Assembly: GCA_965655095.1 (NCBI GenBank)
Contig: OZ296650.1
Span: 119,102,001-119,166,000 of the forward strand
Origin: Haplodiscus bocki
Lineage: Eukaryota
DNA length: 64,000 nucleotides
Direction of reading: 5' to 3'
This document shows positions 60,495 to 64,000 of the stretch, piece after piece. Under the pieces are notes generated by a model. The model was not told the origin of the DNA. It saw only the letters and a program-made list of their open reading frames with translations, and did not search any database. The first letter of the stretch is position 1, and each line of letters starts with the position of its first letter. Made by a program: the position numbers and the translations under genes.

Positions 60495-61138
60495 GTTTTC
60501 TTTTATTCTGTCTTTTTATGTCATAATTGCTCTCAAAAAAGTCACACTTGTAAGCAACAAGAAATCGATTCCTGTAGAGGTGTTTGATTTCGCGGTAACC
60601 CAGGTTGACAACTTCTGTAAAAATGAATTGATCACCGTAATGTTCAAACTTTTGATGGAAAGGACGCAAGTCTTGTTGTTTTCAAACCGGACCGATAATC
60701 GAATCTGTCTGTTCAAATGCTCAACTATACCCTTGTAACAATGACTGAATAGTTCGTCTTTTGCTTTTGTAAATCCAATCTCAAATTTAGGTTTGGGTAA
60801 TGGAATCTGCGACACTTTGTTGGTTTGACCGAAAGCTTTGAGAAACTCGCCCAAGCTGTCGAGTAAAGACTCAATTTCCTTTTTAGAAATGCTGACTTCT
60901 TCCTTAAGAATAACACGCTTCTGTTACTTTGAATCGCAAATTTGAAACACTTTGAATGCAAAAGATTTTTTGTTGGATCCTTTGCTAGCTCGAACAATTA
61001 GGTGGTGGGACTGTGAAATGTCCAAAATGATGTGATAAACGTAACTATCTACGTCTGTTTTGTCCAAAAATTCCTTTGGTATTTCTTTGTATATTCAATA
61101 AAGGTTGCACAAACTGGAAATTTGCTTTTTGGCAGACA
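60495..61138 (-). pseudogene. Hypothetical protein with a repeat architecture like 57307-57892, disrupted
   Basis: FAFKVF...ILKEEVSISKKEI and VLSIKKF...FIFTEVVNLGYREI. Confidence 0.5.
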
Positions 61139-61887
61139 TTAACTGACTATAAAAGAGAACAGATTGTAAAATGGAACAAAGAGAAGTGTAGTGGTGAAAG
61201 CAATGCTGATTTGTCAAGCATTTCGATTTTCGAGTGATTTGGATATTGGCAACGCGTTTGTCCAATCAGATCTATGTATTGGATTTTTTTGTTTAAGAAA
61301 TTGTGAAACACTAGCTGTTAAAAGCTTTGATCACTTTTTGCTGGTGGGTGAATACTGGAACTTTCGATAAAAATCCAATGAACAGGTACTTCTAACCACT
61401 GCACTGATTGCGCATATAGAAAACAACAAAAGAAATTCCTTTTATAATTGACACTTGAGAATAAGATAGGACCACTTGATTTTTTTCCTTACTTTTCGTA
61501 GACAGAACCTCTACTTATCAGGGGAAAAATGTTCCACTTGAGTAAATTCTTCAGACAGTCTGTCTATTATCGAAGGTACTTGTATACTTTTCTCAGACAA
61601 ACTGTCACCCTGTCGGGGGATTAATGTTTACTTAATTACGTTCTCAGATGTTGCGTCTAACACGAAAGGAATGATTGCGGTATTTCCATGCGGTATTTCC
61701 ATTTAAGGTGTGGCTTGCCTTTTATGGTTGCTCTTTCCTTTTATGGAATTTTTCGTAAAACGGAAAATTAATTAAAATTTTTTCCTACAAGTTTTTCGTC
61801 ATTATTTCATTTGCATTGCTACAGCCAAGGTACTTCAATTTCTTACGTTCATTTCAAATCATTGTGTTTTTAACAAATTTTACTCAA

Positions 61888-64000
61888 ATACCTTCTTTAA
61901 ATCGATACGAGAAAGTTACATGTGAGAATTATGGCACCCAAACTACAAGTTTAATCTTGCGCGTCACAAGAATAGTTGCTATGCTGGTACATTGCATTGT
62001 AGCCAATGTCCCAATTTCTGCTTGAAATTACAAAAAGATCTGAATTATCATATTGCTAAGAAGCACAGCGTCCCAAAACCTGATATCACCTTCAAGTTTA
62101 AACTTTGTTATGCAGAATTTCCCGGCTTTTATATTTTACGCCAACACAGAAACACTCAATTTGGACCACAAATGGGATTTGGAGCTAGCAATATTGATGT
62201 GGAGGATATAGTGGGAGACGTTGACGATCAAAGTTTGAGAGAAGAATTGGAATCTTGCAAACACTTTTTGACAGATACAGAAATGGAGACTGGAAGACAC
62301 AGAGTCTCCAACTTTGCCATGTCAGCCTTCGACATGTCTTTGCTCAACGATAAACTGGAATATGTATTCAAGGAACTGAAATGTGCTGCAAAAGTTAATC
62401 TTGCATTTGGATTCGTTCTGAAAACTATTGAGGATGGAATGTGCAGATACTTCTACGCTCACGAGAACAATACTATTGTGGAAACATCTAAACTTGTGTG
62501 TACGCAAACTGATATGACTAACTTGAAAAACAGAGAGCAGAAAATGGATATTGTTGAGATTTGTACCCGAGAGAGAGCCAATACAAAGTGGAAATTTTAC
62601 AAACTTACACATTTAACATTTTTTGCTTCGTTACTCAAAAATGTAGCCATGGGTTGTAAAGATACAATCTTACTTAAACCACTTCTGAAGAACCATAATG
62701 TGAATTGACTCACTTTTGAGAAAAACACGTGGCAACCCTGCAATGACAATCTCTGTTTGTTCAGAGCATTAGCTCTACATTTGCATGGTAACGAAAAACT
62801 GGAGGAGAAGAATTCAAAAACTTTCAACCTTTTCCTCAACAACAGTGAGGAAAGAGATCCATCAGAGTTCCAGGGTGATCACAAGACTGATATTTTGAAA
62901 AAGGAAGAAATTTTACAACTCAATATCTTCCTTTATGACATTGATTTTGTGGATGGAGAGCTGATTGGGGAACTAGCACGAAGAAGTATTGAAAAGTTTT
63001 AAAAGAACGTCAAACTCTTACGCTAAAACAATCATATTTGCTACGTCAACAACATCAATGCCTTGTTCAAAGCCTTTCGGTGTACTACGTGTGAGACATT
63101 TTTCTCAAAGACGGGGAATTTGGAACAACATTTGGTTACCTGTAGTGATCGTGTTAAAAATATTTATCCGAAAAATGTATACGAACTGAGAGAAACGCTT
63201 TTTGAAAAGTTGGATGCATTCAACATCCCATATAGGAATCAGAAAAAACTGTTCATGAACGTGGGAATATTTGACTTTGAGTCCATTTGTGTCAAAGAAG
63301 CAAACTCATACAAACAAACTGAGACTACAACGTGGATCGGGAAGCATGTGACCATATCAGTTTCTATCTCGTCAAACTTGATCCAGGAGCCCATTTTTCT
63401 CTGCAACGCCAATCCTCATCATCTCATCTCGTCTTCTATTACTGCTCTCGAAGGATTAGCAACCCAGAGCAAAACTCAGATGAAACTGAATTTTTTTGAC
63501 GTAGAGACTGTAATCAAGATAAAACTGTGTGCTATACTGGAACAGCTTAACCAAAGACGCAATCGAGTAGAGAGGGTGTTAAGTTTTGTNNNNNNNNNNN
63601 NNNNNNNNNNNNNNNNNNNNNNNNNNNNNNNNNNNNNNNNNNNNNNNNNNNNNNNNNNNNNNNNNNNNNNNNNNNNNNNNNNNNNNNNNNNNNNNNNNNN
63701 NNNNNNNNNNNNNNNNNNNNNNNNNNNNNNNNNNNNNNNNNNNNNNNNNNNNNNNNNNNNNNNNNNNNNNNNNNNNNNNNNNNNNNNNNNNNNNNNNNNN
63801 NNNNNNNNNNNNNNNNNNNNNNNNNNNNNNNNNNNNNNNNNNNNNNNNNNNNNNNNNNNNNNCCTGCGAATGCACAAGAATCAATTAATTGACTTACCGG
63901 AAAATTTTGAGCGCTATTGTAACGTTTTACCAGTTTTTGGTTTCAACAGCGCAAAAAACGATATTAATCTGATCAAGTCGTATTTGTTACCAATTCTTGT
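61888..64000 (+). pseudogene. polB: Protein-primed family B DNA polymerase, N-terminal half (zinc fingers, OTU-like domain, 3'-5' exonuclease), disrupted and spanning a gap
   Basis: CSQC...HIAKKH; KVNLAFG; DNLCLFRAL...HICY; CTTC...HLVTC; ExoI FDFES; ExoII FGFNSAKND. Confidence 0.9.
63590..63862. other. Assembly gap (273 N)
   Basis: N run. Confidence 1.

Larger units (their letters stand above)
49042..64000. mobile_element. Polinton/Maverick (adintovirus-like) endogenous virus, family B; continues past the window end
   Basis: PRO, MCP, core protein, penton, INT and ATPase on minus; pPolB on plus; repeat-rich left terminus starting about AGAAGTAAGAGT (terminus inferred). Confidence 0.95.

Noticed and set aside
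15600-64000. Uni-strand piRNA cluster
   Set aside because: TE orientations are mixed and there are no small-RNA data; it cannot be supported from sequence alone.

Overview
AT-rich animal (invertebrate-like) genomic DNA; the host species cannot be identified from the sequence. No searches were run: all domain calls come from manual translation and motif recognition. (1) 3.1-15.2 kb, minus strand: the 5' two-thirds of a spliced host NXF1/TAP-family RNA export gene. Its 8 short coding exons are largely missed by the ORF track, and its introns hold MITEs and TE relics. (2) 15.6-40.3 kb: a retroelement stack with a PHD-ORF1 CR1/L2-type LINE, two further LINEs and a 12.3-kb Ty3/gypsy provirus (20731-33016; two LTRs, AGGAG target-site duplication, PBS). 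Besides decayed gag-pol, the provirus carries a class I (F-type) env, a TARG1/OARD1-type macrodomain in frame with integrase, and an antisense JmjC dioxygenase ORF with an intact HxD...H triad. (3) 40.6-64 kb: two different Polinton/adintovirus-like endogenous viruses side by side. One is heavily eroded. The other is well readable (protease, major capsid with an in-frame 609-bp duplication, core protein, penton, integrase, ATPase, pPolB) and carries an EGF-like growth-factor gene, a KEN-box acidic protein, and PLA2-like and DnaQ/Maelstrom-like genes. The best candidates for an undescribed system are the env+macrodomain+JmjC retrovirus-like element and the EGF-encoding Polinton. There are two N gaps (40372-40571, 63590-63862).
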